Virus record (IMG/VR): IMGVR_UViG_3300043419_000898
Span: 1-64,000 of that record
Strand: one strand, 5' to 3'
DNA length: 64,000 nucleotides
From: a virus
Shown: positions 1-9,492 of the stretch, piece after piece
Numbering within the stretch: the first letter of the stretch is position 1
Layout of the letters: every line of letters starts with the position of its first letter
The notes under the pieces: generated by a model
Databases searched by the model: none
What the model was told of the DNA's origin: nothing
The model's input: only the letters and a program-made list of their open reading frames with translations
Program-made: the position numbers and the translations under genes

Positions 1-1
1 T

Positions 2-157
2 GGCGTGTGGAAACGAGACCATCTACCTAACCTACTCATTGAGTGGCTCAAAGGACGTGACACAGAAGGATGGAAAGGCGTTGATTCGCTTGCTTATAAC
101 ACTCTTTGGGAAGTCATGGAAAAACGTGAACAACGTGCCAAGGACAAAGAAGGATGA
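2..157 (+). CDS. 3' end of a hypothetical protein, truncated by the window edge
   Basis: Open frame GVWKRDHLPNLLIEWLKG...KDKEG ending in TGA at 155-157, read manually. Confidence 0.55.
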   Translation, partial: GVWKRDHLPNLLIEWLKGRDTEGWKGVDSLAYNTLWEVMEKREQRAKDKEG

Positions 158-196
158 GTCCATCATTTTACTGATACACAAATTCAAGGATGTTCA

Positions 197-1777
197 ATGA
201 TATACCTATCTGTATTTAGTGGCATAGAAGCCGCAACCGTCGCTTGGAAAGACCTTGGATGGGAACTAGTCGGTCTTGCTGAGATAGAACCGTTTCCATG
301 CTCAGTCTTACAGCATCACTACCCAGACGTCACGAACTACGGTGATATCAACAACTACAAGGAGTGGAACATTGAGAGAGGTTCAGTTGACCTTATTGTC
401 GGAGGAAGCCCTTGCCAAGCCTTCTCTACTGCCGGACTCAGAAAAGGACTTGAAGACCCAAGGGGAAACTTGGCTCTCGTTTATCTCGGACTCATTGACC
501 ATCTGCGACCAGAATGGATTGTTTGGGAAAACGTGCCCGGTGTATTGTCATCTAACGGCGGAAGGGATTTTGGAACCTTCCTTGGGTCGCTTTCTCAGCT
601 CGGGTATGGGTGGTCCTACCGAATCCTTAACTCTGAATACACCGGAGTACCCCAAAGACGTCGTCGAGTCTACCTTGTCGGACATTCTTCTGGAGATTGG
701 CGACGTGCCGCCGAAATACTATTTGAGCCAGAGAGCATGTGCGGGAATCCTAAGAAGAGCCGAACAAAGAGGGCGAGAATTGCCCCCACTCCTAAAAGAG
801 GCACTATTGTCGGTGATTGCGAAGGAAGAGTCGGAAACCCAACCCTAACTTGTTCTAACCTAGCCAACATCAACAACCAGTCATTCCTAGTAGGCGAAAA
901 GGTCGTACCTTTCCGTAAGTCGTCCAGAGCACAAACAAAAGACGGGCTGGAAACATGGGTGGAAGATGAAGTATCAAACACCGTCAATTGTTACGACGTC
1001 GGTGATGTACGTTCAACTAACCTATCCGTCCACCTCTACGAGAACCATCCAAACGACTCACGGGTCAAAGAACTATTCGGCGTATGCTCCACCGTCACTA
1101 GTCGATGGGGCACGGGTGGTGGGAATGTCCCACTTGTGGGGCATGAAAACAAAACTGTTTACTCCATCCGTGAAGATGCCAAAGCAAACACATTTAGTGT
1201 CAATGAACGAACAACAGTTAATACCATACAAGCGATGCGACCAGCCGTGTCATCACATCATGCTCAGAACTTTGTTGTTCATCGACCATCAGACAACATC
1301 GCCAACACCATCGGATGTGGAAACCATATGACACCAGAAGATGTGGTTATGCTATCTATCCCCATACAAGACACCAGAGACGTCCAGAAGAGCCAGAATG
1401 GACTAGGAGTCGGTGATGTTGGCTCTCCAGCCTATACGGTCGATACACACGCCACACAAGGGGTAGCACAAGTCTTTGCGTTCAACCATCAAAGTGCCGG
1501 AGATATGAGAGGAGTTAACCTTAAGACAACCGCTCAACTTCAAGCATGTCAACAAACATCTGTGCTATACAACATGATTGTCCGAAGGCTGACACCAGTT
1601 GAGTCCCTTAGACTCCAAGGCTTTCCAGATGACTATCTTGATGTCCTACACAACAACAGAACACCGGGTGATAATGCCATCTTTAAAGCCATAGGGAATA
1701 GCATGGCTACTCCCGTTGTCGGCTGGGTTGGAAAACGCATCCAAGCATCTATAGACAGACGCCTAGGTAAAGGTTAA
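197..1777 (+). CDS. C5-cytosine DNA methyltransferase with long, possibly multi-TRD variable region
   Basis: Motif I (SVFSGIEA), IV (GGSPCQAFS), VI (ENVPG), VIII (PQRRRRVY), IX (RRLTPVESLRLQGFPD) and X (AIGNSM). Confidence 0.95.
   Translation: MIYLSVFSGIEAATVAWKDLGWELVGLAEIEPFPCSVLQHHYPDVTNYGDINNYKEWNIERGSVDLIVGGSPCQAFSTAGLRKGLEDPRGNLALVYLGLIDHLRPEWIVWENVPGVLSSNGGRDFGTFLGSLSQLGYGWSYRILNSEYTGVPQRRRRVYLVGHSSGDWRRAAEILFEPESMCGNPKKSRTKRARIAPTPKRGTIVGDCEGRVGNPTLTCSNLANINNQSFLVGEKVVPFRKSSRAQTKDGLETWVEDEVSNTVNCYDVGDVRSTNLSVHLYENHPNDSRVKELFGVCSTVTSRWGTGGGNVPLVGHENKTVYSIREDAKANTFSVNERTTVNTIQAMRPAVSSHHAQNFVVHRPSDNIANTIGCGNHMTPEDVVMLSIPIQDTRDVQKSQNGLGVGDVGSPAYTVDTHATQGVAQVFAFNHQSAGDMRGVNLKTTAQLQACQQTSVLYNMIVRRLTPVESLRLQGFPDDYLDVLHNNRTPGDNAIFKAIGNSMATPVVGWVGKRIQASIDRRLGKG
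342..848 (+). CDS. Nested alternate-frame ORF, M.EcoHK31I beta-polypeptide-like
   Basis: 168-aa frame inside the MTase gene containing SGM..SLTLNTPEYP..STLSDIL..VPPKYYLSQRACAGILRRAE. This resembles the alternate-frame beta subunit and the TLxxLL..KYxL segment of Dcm-type enzymes. Start codon uncertain. Confidence 0.7.
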   Translation: MISTTTRSGTLREVQLTLLSEEALAKPSLLPDSEKDLKTQGETWLSFISDSLTICDQNGLFGKTCPVYCHLTAEGILEPSLGRFLSSGMGGPTESLTLNTPEYPKDVVESTLSDILLEIGDVPPKYYLSQRACAGILRRAEQRGRELPPLLKEALLSVIAKEESETQP

Positions 1778-4702
1778 CCCAGTATCAATAGATGTCACAA
1801 CTATCACGCTTCCAGATGTGTTTCTGTAGAACAGATAGACAACATTATCTTTGACAAAGGCGGCTAACGAGTCATCAGCCACACCAGAGGCAACAACGGC
1901 GTGGCTTGCTTGTGTATTGTTACCTTGAGGGTCACGAACTACACAGTTGATAGCACCACCAGTTGTTCGAGCAAAGATAAACTCCATACCATTGGAGCCT
2001 ACACAAGCCGTTGGCTTTGTTCCAGCCATTACTGTTACTGCCACAGAGAATGTATTCCCTTCATCATCAGAGTAAACACTGTATGTTGTTCCAGCATTAG
2101 CATATATGACGTCTAGTCGCTTTTGTGCGTTTGTTATCGTCCACCGAATCTCAAAACCACTATCACAAGCAATACCAGTATTCTTGTCTAGCCAAGTTCC
2201 GTTGTTGTGGTCATTACAAAAGTGGAGATGAATATTCCCATCAACAACATCAGCGTAGAACTTACGAAGAGATGAGTGAACATCAGCAGATAAGTCCCTC
2301 TCACCTTGTTCGGCAAACCTATAGACAACACGCTGCCTAATCGATGTGTAAGCCGGATTCCAGTTAACGGCTATCGTGTAATAGTTGATGGTGTGATTCT
2401 TAGTACCTAACCCATACGGAGTACCAGTCTCATAAACACCTTCTGTTGTGAATGTTGAATCAGTTCCACCAGAAGATGAATCAAATGTACGAACAACAGA
2501 AACAGTTCCAGTTGTTGCTATATCTCCATTGTTGTCGTACGTGATGCCATGAGCTGGAGCACGAAGGAAAGATGCACCTTTGAGATACAAGACGTGCGGA
2601 GTGCCACCATTGTGCACATCGAATGGGTCATCTAAATCTGGGATGAAGTCACCAACGATGGAGTCAAACAATGCTTGTGCTTTTACTGAGCCACCATTGT
2701 TGTCGAAACCATAGTGCCAGTCGTGACCAGTAGCTCCACCACCACCACCCTTCTTACGAGCGATAGCACCGCCACCGTGAAGCCAAGTAGCAAGACCAGT
2801 TTCACCATTGAGATAACAATCTCTAAGAGGCGGCTGAGACACGGCACATGTACCAGCACCGGGATACGGAACCGTGTTTGAAGCATTGAAACCGGGATGC
2901 CGGATAATGCCAGCATCACTTGCTAAAATCTGATTTACCAAATCAAGTATAGAAAGTGATTGTGCTGCCCAAGTGGAAACCACCGGTGTCACTGTGTTCT
3001 GGAAGTGAATGTCAGACTCTTCCTCAGTTCGTCCGTCTTGCTCTAACTGCCAAAATCTACGAGCGTAATAGTAGGTTACAGTCAGATTTGGGTCTGTTGC
3101 AACAATGTCGGCAGTTATACGTTCAGCCTTCCACTTCTTACCAGAAGGTAAAAAGTTTTGATGGGCATGCGTTACCTTATCAAGTTCAGTTGTTCCGATA
3201 TCAATAGCACCGGCAGACACACGCAGTTGTGACGCACTTGTCACACCCCAGTAGGCACTGTCTACGGACTCGGCACCAGCGTAGTCAGTAGATACAAGGT
3301 TTTTCCTTGGATATGGGTCATTCTTATTGTCATACTGAGGAAGAGCACCTACTGACCACTCATCTGGCATACAGAGGTCAAGTGTGACTACTTGGTATGT
3401 TGTTGTTGCTGCAACCACGTTCCATCGCTTTGTATTGCCATGAAAGTCGGTTATCTCAATCGTTCCGGCTTGATTTGTTCCAGATTGGCACTTTATTTGT
3501 ATCTTTAGCCATCGATAAGAACTCATGCCTTGAAGCGGAGCGTATGTCCGAGTGTTTCCAGTACCGGCTATAGAGTATGGATTTGTGAGTTGTATTTGAG
3601 CACCGTTAAACTCCCAAGAACGGAACATGATTCGCTTATCGTCTGTGTCGTCGTTACGTGACAATAAGGAACCAGTTTGTATTGCTACAGATATAGAATC
3701 TGGTATCCCATCGAGTTCTGTTGTTAGGTAATCTGATGTCGTCCCATTGTAAATCTCAGAAGTAATATAATAAAAGTAAATATTATCTGTTGCAGAAAAA
3801 CCACCAGTTCCAGTAACTGCACGGTTCCTAAGTGGAAGCACTTCATAATCAAAACCGGTAATCGTGTAGTCTAAAGAGTCTGGGTAAGAATCTTTCCACG
3901 CACGTGTGACGACATCCATCTGCACCTTCGCTGGAAGCCGACCAAACGAGTTGAGAAGAATGTACTCGTCATTGATTGCAGTTGATGAGGTTACGTCTGT
4001 AGACCAGTTTGTGGCAGTATTACCACCAAATGCATGGCTGTGTGTTGCTTCGAATGGGTCTAATCCATTACATAAGTGAACTGTGACATTACATGATGCA
4101 GTTCCAGTCCTTGCCGCATAAGCATCTTGACCCGTACCTATGATGTAGTTCATAAGGACACGGTTACCAAGAGTCACAGTAGTTGTTGATGATGCACTTG
4201 CAGCACCCAATGTAAGTAAGGCTGAAGCACTACTTCCAACACGGCTTAACTCAAACCATCTGTATCCAGTTATTGGTGGATGAGTTACTTCACCAGTAGT
4301 TGAGTTGATAGACGAGCCGGAAGTAATATCCCACAATACATCAGTACCAACACTTGCACTAAATACGCCAGTGAGTGTATTAGATACATCTACATAATCA
4401 ACCGCCGGTGTATGTGTACCAGAAGCGATAGTGGTAGTGGTTGTTACTGGAGTTCCATGACCATCATCTGCTGTTAAGATAGCAGAAATTGTGTATGACC
4501 ATGTGCCACCACGGATAGGTGTACTAGTCCATTCTAATTCCCAGTAACCTATAAATCCACCGTGACCACCTACGTTTCCATTGACACGAGCATATTTATC
4601 ATCTACTGGAGGTGAGGTTGCGGCTGGAAATACAACAAAGTTGTAAGCAGTCGTAAATTCAAAATAAACAGTTCCAGTACGTGTCGTGTCTAGATATGGC
4701 AT
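1763..4702 (-). CDS. Large virion structural protein (tail tip/fibre-like)
   Basis: 979 aa, T/G/S-rich and beta-rich, BNR-like motifs near the C-terminus (SDDEGNTF, SIDTGLTF), same strand as the tail genes. Confidence 0.6.
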   Translation of the reverse strand: MPYLDTTRTGTVYFEFTTAYNFVVFPAATSPPVDDKYARVNGNVGGHGGFIGYWELEWTSTPIRGGTWSYTISAILTADDGHGTPVTTTTTIASGTHTPAVDYVDVSNTLTGVFSASVGTDVLWDITSGSSINSTTGEVTHPPITGYRWFELSRVGSSASALLTLGAASASSTTTVTLGNRVLMNYIIGTGQDAYAARTGTASCNVTVHLCNGLDPFEATHSHAFGGNTATNWSTDVTSSTAINDEYILLNSFGRLPAKVQMDVVTRAWKDSYPDSLDYTITGFDYEVLPLRNRAVTGTGGFSATDNIYFYYITSEIYNGTTSDYLTTELDGIPDSISVAIQTGSLLSRNDDTDDKRIMFRSWEFNGAQIQLTNPYSIAGTGNTRTYAPLQGMSSYRWLKIQIKCQSGTNQAGTIEITDFHGNTKRWNVVAATTTYQVVTLDLCMPDEWSVGALPQYDNKNDPYPRKNLVSTDYAGAESVDSAYWGVTSASQLRVSAGAIDIGTTELDKVTHAHQNFLPSGKKWKAERITADIVATDPNLTVTYYYARRFWQLEQDGRTEEESDIHFQNTVTPVVSTWAAQSLSILDLVNQILASDAGIIRHPGFNASNTVPYPGAGTCAVSQPPLRDCYLNGETGLATWLHGGGAIARKKGGGGGATGHDWHYGFDNNGGSVKAQALFDSIVGDFIPDLDDPFDVHNGGTPHVLYLKGASFLRAPAHGITYDNNGDIATTGTVSVVRTFDSSSGGTDSTFTTEGVYETGTPYGLGTKNHTINYYTIAVNWNPAYTSIRQRVVYRFAEQGERDLSADVHSSLRKFYADVVDGNIHLHFCNDHNNGTWLDKNTGIACDSGFEIRWTITNAQKRLDVIYANAGTTYSVYSDDEGNTFSVAVTVMAGTKPTACVGSNGMEFIFARTTGGAINCVVRDPQGNNTQASHAVVASGVADDSLAAFVKDNVVYLFYRNTSGSVIVVTSIDTGLTFT

Positions 4703-4703
4703 G

Positions 4704-4847
4704 TCATCTCATTATATTGAAGTAAAGCCAGTATGCACCATAGCCCATCAAGAACACAGTAAACATAAGTGAAGCCAAGCAAATAAAACTGATGACCAGA
4801 GGTAATACACCAACTGCTAATATTCGGTTGATAAGTCCTTTTCCCAT
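4704..4847 (-). CDS. 47-aa hydrophobic membrane peptide, not in the ORF track
   Basis: MGKGLINRILAVGVLPLVISFICLASLMFTVFLMGYGAYWLYFNIMR, preceded by TTGTCA-17-TATAGT then 6 nt to ATG. Confidence 0.55.
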   Translation of the reverse strand: MGKGLINRILAVGVLPLVISFICLASLMFTVFLMGYGAYWLYFNIMR

Positions 4848-4899
4848 AGGGTGACTATACGGTAATAATTGCTAGTTGACAAATAATATTTTTGTACGA

Positions 4900-4928
4900 T
4901 TGACAAAGATATATAAACTTGATATCAT
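4900..4928 (+). promoter_or_regulatory. sigma70-type promoter of the plus-strand block
   Basis: TTGACA-17 nt-TATCAT upstream of ORF 4960. Confidence 0.6.
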
Positions 4929-4959
4929 AAGCACACCACGAAAGTAGGGGAAGAAGAAT

Positions 4960-5241
4960 ATGGTAGAAGTTGGCGTTGTCATTAAGTGGCACACCGGTAC
5001 GCTGAAGGGTAAGTACTCATACCCATACATTGATGTTCCAAGCATTGACGACAAGTATGTACTTGCCGAGTTATCCGAGATTATTCCGGGCAAACTTGGA
5101 GTTGACTGGGATGTGGTTTCCAAGGAAGAGTTGCGCTCAAACCACTTCAACAATGCTGGTGAGTTTACACAAGATTACTTAGCAGATAGAGCATACGCAC
5201 GTCAGCGATGGCAAATTGCTCAAGTGGAGAAGTATTCATGA
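4960..5241 (+). CDS. Hypothetical protein
   Basis: 93-aa ORF with purine-rich RBS, ATGA-coupled to the next gene. Confidence 0.7.
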   Translation: MVEVGVVIKWHTGTLKGKYSYPYIDVPSIDDKYVLAELSEIIPGKLGVDWDVVSKEELRSNHFNNAGEFTQDYLADRAYARQRWQIAQVEKYS

Positions 5242-5813
5242 ACGATGTACTAGGCTACGAACAAGAGCCGTTTATTGTTGATGTCGAGACGGGTGAAGTT
5301 GTCAGTATCCGCCCTAACTGGTTGCCAGAGATTCTTACAACTGCTGCCGATATCGAGATGTTCATGGACAAGTTGTCCATTGAAGAAGCAAAGATTGAAG
5401 CACTTGTAGCACGACGCAAGCAAATCTTAGAGAACTTGGACGGCATGATTAACCGGCACACCAAGAAGCGTGACTACCTCATGACTCGTTACGGCTCACA
5501 ACTCCGTGATGTTGCCTTAAGGAACCTTCCACGTGACCGTAAGACATATGAAACACCATTCGGCTCAGTGACTTTCCGTAAAACTCAGCCTAAAATCATT
5601 GTCAAGGACACAGAAAAAGCCATTGATACGGTTTCTGTTGTTTGTCCAGAAGCAGTCAAGGTAGAACGGTCAATCTTGGTTTCCAAGTTGTCTGATGAAA
5701 TCAAGACAGAACTTCTTACGGATGAATCACGCAGAGAAGAACTTGGCTTTGACGTTGAGCCGGAAAAAGACTGCATCAAACTAAACATCATGCAGTGGAA
5801 AGTCGAACTATGA
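5238..5813 (+). CDS. Mu Gam-like/Gp157-like DNA end-protection protein
   Basis: Long coiled coil followed by KTYETPFGSVTFRKTQPK and a later ILVSKL segment typical of the Gam family. Start taken at the ATGA overlap. Confidence 0.7.
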   Translation: MNDVLGYEQEPFIVDVETGEVVSIRPNWLPEILTTAADIEMFMDKLSIEEAKIEALVARRKQILENLDGMINRHTKKRDYLMTRYGSQLRDVALRNLPRDRKTYETPFGSVTFRKTQPKIIVKDTEKAIDTVSVVCPEAVKVERSILVSKLSDEIKTELLTDESRREELGFDVEPEKDCIKLNIMQWKVEL

Positions 5814-6337
5814 GTACAGAAGAAAAACAACCAACGCCTCCTAAGTTCCAGAAGGTTATAAAGAAATCGGTAGCCACTCCAGAACCTATCAAAACAGTTC
5901 TACCGGGTGCACTACCAGTTCAGATTGAACTTGGCGCAGATGCCTCCATGCCTACAAAGGCAACCACTGGTTCAGCCGGATTTGATGTGAAAGCATCCGA
6001 ACGCAAACTTATCCATGCTGGTACGGCAAAACTTGTCAAGACCGGCATTAAGTTGGCTATCCCAGCCGGTTATGAAGCACAAGTCCGCTCACGTAGCGGT
6101 ATGTCGCTCAACCACAACGTCATTGTGTTGAATGCGCCGGGGACGATTGACTCTGACTATCGTGGAGAAGTCGGTGTTATCCTTATGAATGTCGGCAAGC
6201 AAGACTATGAAGTAGAAGTTGGCGAGAAGATTGCACAACTTGTATTTGCCAAGGTTGCAGACATCGAGTTCAAAGAAGCGGTCATTGCATCTGACACAGT
6301 ACGTGGTGAAGGCGGTTTCGGTAGTACGGGAGCATAA
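5810..6337 (+). CDS. dut: dUTPase (trimeric)
   Basis: Motifs AGFDV, RSRSG, GTIDSDYRGE, IAQLV and RGEGGFGSTG. Confidence 0.97.
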   Translation: MSTEEKQPTPPKFQKVIKKSVATPEPIKTVLPGALPVQIELGADASMPTKATTGSAGFDVKASERKLIHAGTAKLVKTGIKLAIPAGYEAQVRSRSGMSLNHNVIVLNAPGTIDSDYRGEVGVILMNVGKQDYEVEVGEKIAQLVFAKVADIEFKEAVIASDTVRGEGGFGSTGA

Positions 6338-6339
6338 GT

Positions 6340-7479
6340 ATGCCTAAGGTCTTGAATGTCGGCACTGCTGATATAGAAATCAGTCAACTCAAGCATCATC
6401 CTAAGAATGCCAACGTTGGAAACGTTGATGCCATCAAGGAGTCACTTGCCACTAACGGTTTCTTTGGACGTGTACTGGTCAATAAGAACACCATGCACAT
6501 CCTTGCTGGAAACCACCGTGTCAAAGCAGCGAGAGAACTTGGCTGGAAGACTGTACCAGTAGAGTTTGTGGATGTAGATGCAGAAGCAGAACTCCGCATC
6601 CTACTTGTTGACAACAAGACAGCCAGAATGGGTGTTGACGACGACGAGAAACTCTTGGAGATTCTGGAAGAACTCAACACCTTCGAAAGTGGACTATCCG
6701 GAACCGGATACAACGAAGACGACTTGTCTTTTCTTCATGAAATTATCAGTGGTGAAGACGAACCACTTGAACGAAACTCTCGTGTATCTGAAGAAGAAGA
6801 AGAAGAGTACGACGCTCGTGATACCCCTTGGCACTTCATGCATACGAAGTTTCCATCCGATAACGATTACGGAATCCCCTTACTTGACTTGAACCAACAA
6901 GCACGTTCAGTTATGACACCTATCATCACTTGGGGAGCCATTAGCCGTAAGAAGCAATTTGGTGGTACGTACAACATGTACACCGAAGACAGACGATGGG
7001 AAAACCTTTGGAAAGACCCAACACCTATCGTCAAGTCTGGCTGTACTGCTGTGACTGAGTTGAACTACTCAACAAACAACGACTACGCTGACATACAAGT
7101 ACTCTACGATATTTATCGCAAACGTTGGCTTTCGAGATATTGGCAGTCGTATGGTATCCAGATTTATGTTGACCTCAACATCGCAAATGAACATTTCGAT
7201 AAGGCTCTTATTGGAGTGCCACAAGGATGGGGAGCATACGCAAGCCGATTCAACGTTATGTTTGACCGTGGAACGGACGTGATGGAGTATCAGTTGGCTG
7301 TCGCCAAAGAACGAGCCGGAACAACACCACTCCTTGTCCTACTCATTGGTGGTGGCAACAAAGCAAAAGATTACTGCCGCAAGAACGGATATGTCTGGGC
7401 ACCAGAACAGATTGAAGTCAATACCGGCAAGACAAAGAACGCCATCTTGATTGGCGATGAGGAACGAGAGAATGTTTGA
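6340..7479 (+). CDS. ParB/Srx N-terminal domain fused to a DUF4417-like domain
   Basis: N-terminal HPKNAN..ILAGNHRVKAA..LVDNKT; C-terminal NDYGIPLL, MYTEDRRWENLWKDP, YDIYRKRWLSRYWQSYGI, LIGVPQG. Confidence 0.8.
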   Translation: MPKVLNVGTADIEISQLKHHPKNANVGNVDAIKESLATNGFFGRVLVNKNTMHILAGNHRVKAARELGWKTVPVEFVDVDAEAELRILLVDNKTARMGVDDDEKLLEILEELNTFESGLSGTGYNEDDLSFLHEIISGEDEPLERNSRVSEEEEEEYDARDTPWHFMHTKFPSDNDYGIPLLDLNQQARSVMTPIITWGAISRKKQFGGTYNMYTEDRRWENLWKDPTPIVKSGCTAVTELNYSTNNDYADIQVLYDIYRKRWLSRYWQSYGIQIYVDLNIANEHFDKALIGVPQGWGAYASRFNVMFDRGTDVMEYQLAVAKERAGTTPLLVLLIGGGNKAKDYCRKNGYVWAPEQIEVNTGKTKNAILIGDEERENV

Positions 7480-7768
7480 CGAGTCGAAGATTATCCCTAA
7501 GCACTACAACGACGTAAAGTCAGATATTTCAGCACGTTCTGTTTATACGAACTGGAAACTAAACGGCGACCTATCAATGGTGGTCAAGTACATCAAGAGA
7601 GCCGGAAAGAAGCCGGGTGAAGATGTATCCAGTGACTTGTACAAGTGCCTCTGGTATCTAGTTGCAACTCTTACAAATGATGAAGAGATTGCCGGAAAAG
7701 TCGTGAAGTACTGCGGTGAACTACAGTCTACTTGTCAAAAGCCGACTTCCGACGAACAGAGCGAATAG
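7472..7768 (+). CDS. DUF3310-like phage protein
   Basis: PKHY...VVKYIKRAGKK..EDVSSDLYKCLWYL. Confidence 0.75.
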   Translation: MFDESKIIPKHYNDVKSDISARSVYTNWKLNGDLSMVVKYIKRAGKKPGEDVSSDLYKCLWYLVATLTNDEEIAGKVVKYCGELQSTCQKPTSDEQSE

Positions 7769-8066
7769 CACTGTCGCAGTGCATCTCAAACGTAACAGCC
7801 CATGTGCGGATTACATGGGCTACTAATTCAGTCTGGTAGTCATCCACCAACATCGAGTAAATCATCTCGTCTTCGTTGTTCTTTTTGATGACTATCTTTA
7901 CTTCTGCTCTTGTGCCGAGCGGAATCCAAGTAACAAGTACTGAGTAGTCATCGACTACCCGCTTACTTGCAGATGCAGTACCACGGAAGGCACTGCCCAT
8001 AATGCTGTCTTTCAAGCAAGGTGCTATGACCTCCTTGAACTTGTCTGATAGTTCGATGGTCAACAT
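7728..8066 (-). CDS. Hypothetical protein
   Basis: 112-aa ORF with a TAGAAT box just upstream. Confidence 0.6.
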   Translation of the reverse strand: MLTIELSDKFKEVIAPCLKDSIMGSAFRGTASASKRVVDDYSVLVTWIPLGTRAEVKIVIKKNNEDEMIYSMLVDDYQTELVAHVIRTWAVTFEMHCDSAIRSVRRKSAFDK

Positions 8067-8171
8067 ATTGTTGACATTCTAGCACCTAAGACATCACTGT
8101 GTGAACAAATAGGTCGTATAAGCCTCCAGAATGCCCAAATAGACGACTTTGGAGGCTAAACGATAAGTATG

Positions 8172-8507
8172 TCACTTCTTTAGTTTGTCTTGCGCCCTGA
8201 GTTCAATCTCATTATTGAGACGACGGAGCGTGTCTCGGCGAGAAGTTTCACTTTCCAACTTCTTCATAAGTTGATTAGTGTTTCCACCACGACGCTGGAG
8301 ACGACGAACAGCAAGTTGGTCTTGCGGTCGAAATGTACCAGATGCTAAGCGGTTAGTAATGTCACGTGCTTTTAGTAAGTCCGTTGTGCTTACCTTACTG
8401 AACATCTGACGTTGTTTCGGGATTATAGGCTCCGGCTTAGGAGCACGTTCTGCAAGGTTTGCTTCAGCACGTGCCCTAGAACCGCCAGATGTAGGTGTTC
8501 CGCCCAT
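8172..8507 (-). CDS. Basic Arg/Lys-rich protein starting MGGTPTSGG
   Basis: 111-aa ORF in the late-strand operon. Confidence 0.7.
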   Translation of the reverse strand: MGGTPTSGGSRARAEANLAERAPKPEPIIPKQRQMFSKVSTTDLLKARDITNRLASGTFRPQDQLAVRRLQRRGGNTNQLMKKLESETSRRDTLRRLNNEIELRAQDKLKK

Positions 8508-8511
8508 GATG

Positions 8512-8889
8512 TTATCTGTTTATGCCACGAGCACGGTTACTCGCTGCATTCCCACCCGGAGCCATACGTCCATAAGTTTGACCAGCCGTTCCACCAAGGC
8601 TTGCACGACGTTCAATCTCGCCAAGTTCACGTCGGATACCACCAGAGCGTGATGGAGAAAGAGCTGCACTAAGTGCACCACCAAATGCAGTATTGGAGAC
8701 ACGTTTGCGAACTTTACTGACTACATCAGCACGTTCGGCAGTCAATCGCTGTACAGTCTCTGCATTTCGATTTCTCTTTGCTGCACTAATTTGACCAGTC
8801 AGACTAGCAATCTGAAAGATGCGCTCTCTGTCTGCTTGACGCAAACCACCAGTTTCAGTCCTCAGTGGACCAATAAGTGAGTCACCCAT
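8512..8889 (-). CDS. Basic Arg/Gly/Ala-rich protein, possibly an internal virion protein
   Basis: 125-aa ORF with RBS GAGGTG. Confidence 0.7.
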   Translation of the reverse strand: MGDSLIGPLRTETGGLRQADRERIFQIASLTGQISAAKRNRNAETVQRLTAERADVVSKVRKRVSNTAFGGALSAALSPSRSGGIRRELGEIERRASLGGTAGQTYGRMAPGGNAASNRARGINR

Positions 8890-8898
8890 AATACACCT

Positions 8899-9462
8899 CT
8901 AAAAGTTGACCGTAAGCACCCCACCAAAAGTGCCTAGTTCCGACCAGTTTCGCTTCTTACGGAAGTATCCGTCACCGTCACGCTCAACAGCATATGCATC
9001 AGAAGGCTCAGGTGAAGTGTTACCTTCTACAGTCCATACACCCCAAGGGTGAACAGACTGAATGACACCTATGTGACCTATACGACCGAGTGGTTTGATG
9101 TAGAACAACACAAAGTCACCGGGAAGCACATGTCCAGTCTTATTTGCAACGCTTGCCTTAGCATCAGCAACCGATATCCAGCAACCGTTTTCCTTAGCCC
9201 AGTTTGCCCAGTCTGGCGTGTATCCACTACGTGGAAAAGTTGTGTCGTAAGTTGTTCCAAGAGCCGTAGCCGCTTGTTTCATCCTAAACCGAACAACTGC
9301 TGCACACCAAGGACTACCGGGTGGGATTGGTGGTTTACATGATGCTTGATAGGCTTCAACAGCCTCACCACGGTTGATACCAACCTCCGTAACACCTATG
9401 TTGGCAACAGCCAACTCAAGTGCCTTTAGGGCTATAGGACGATTAGTAGGTCGCATATACAA
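8899..9462 (-). CDS. Endolysin, CHAP-type peptidoglycan hydrolase
   Basis: PWCAA (catalytic Cys), GHIGVI (His) and TVEGNT motifs. Confidence 0.85.
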   Translation of the reverse strand: MYMRPTNRPIALKALELAVANIGVTEVGINRGEAVEAYQASCKPPIPPGSPWCAAVVRFRMKQAATALGTTYDTTFPRSGYTPDWANWAKENGCWISVADAKASVANKTGHVLPGDFVLFYIKPLGRIGHIGVIQSVHPWGVWTVEGNTSPEPSDAYAVERDGDGYFRKKRNWSELGTFGGVLTVNF

Positions 9463-9492
9463 ACCTTACTTGATTACAGAACACTTGCCCAA

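Noticed and set aside
966-1331. Second nested ORF in the methyltransferase
   Set aside because: Unlike 342-848, it has no recognisable conserved motif and looks like a chance open frame.
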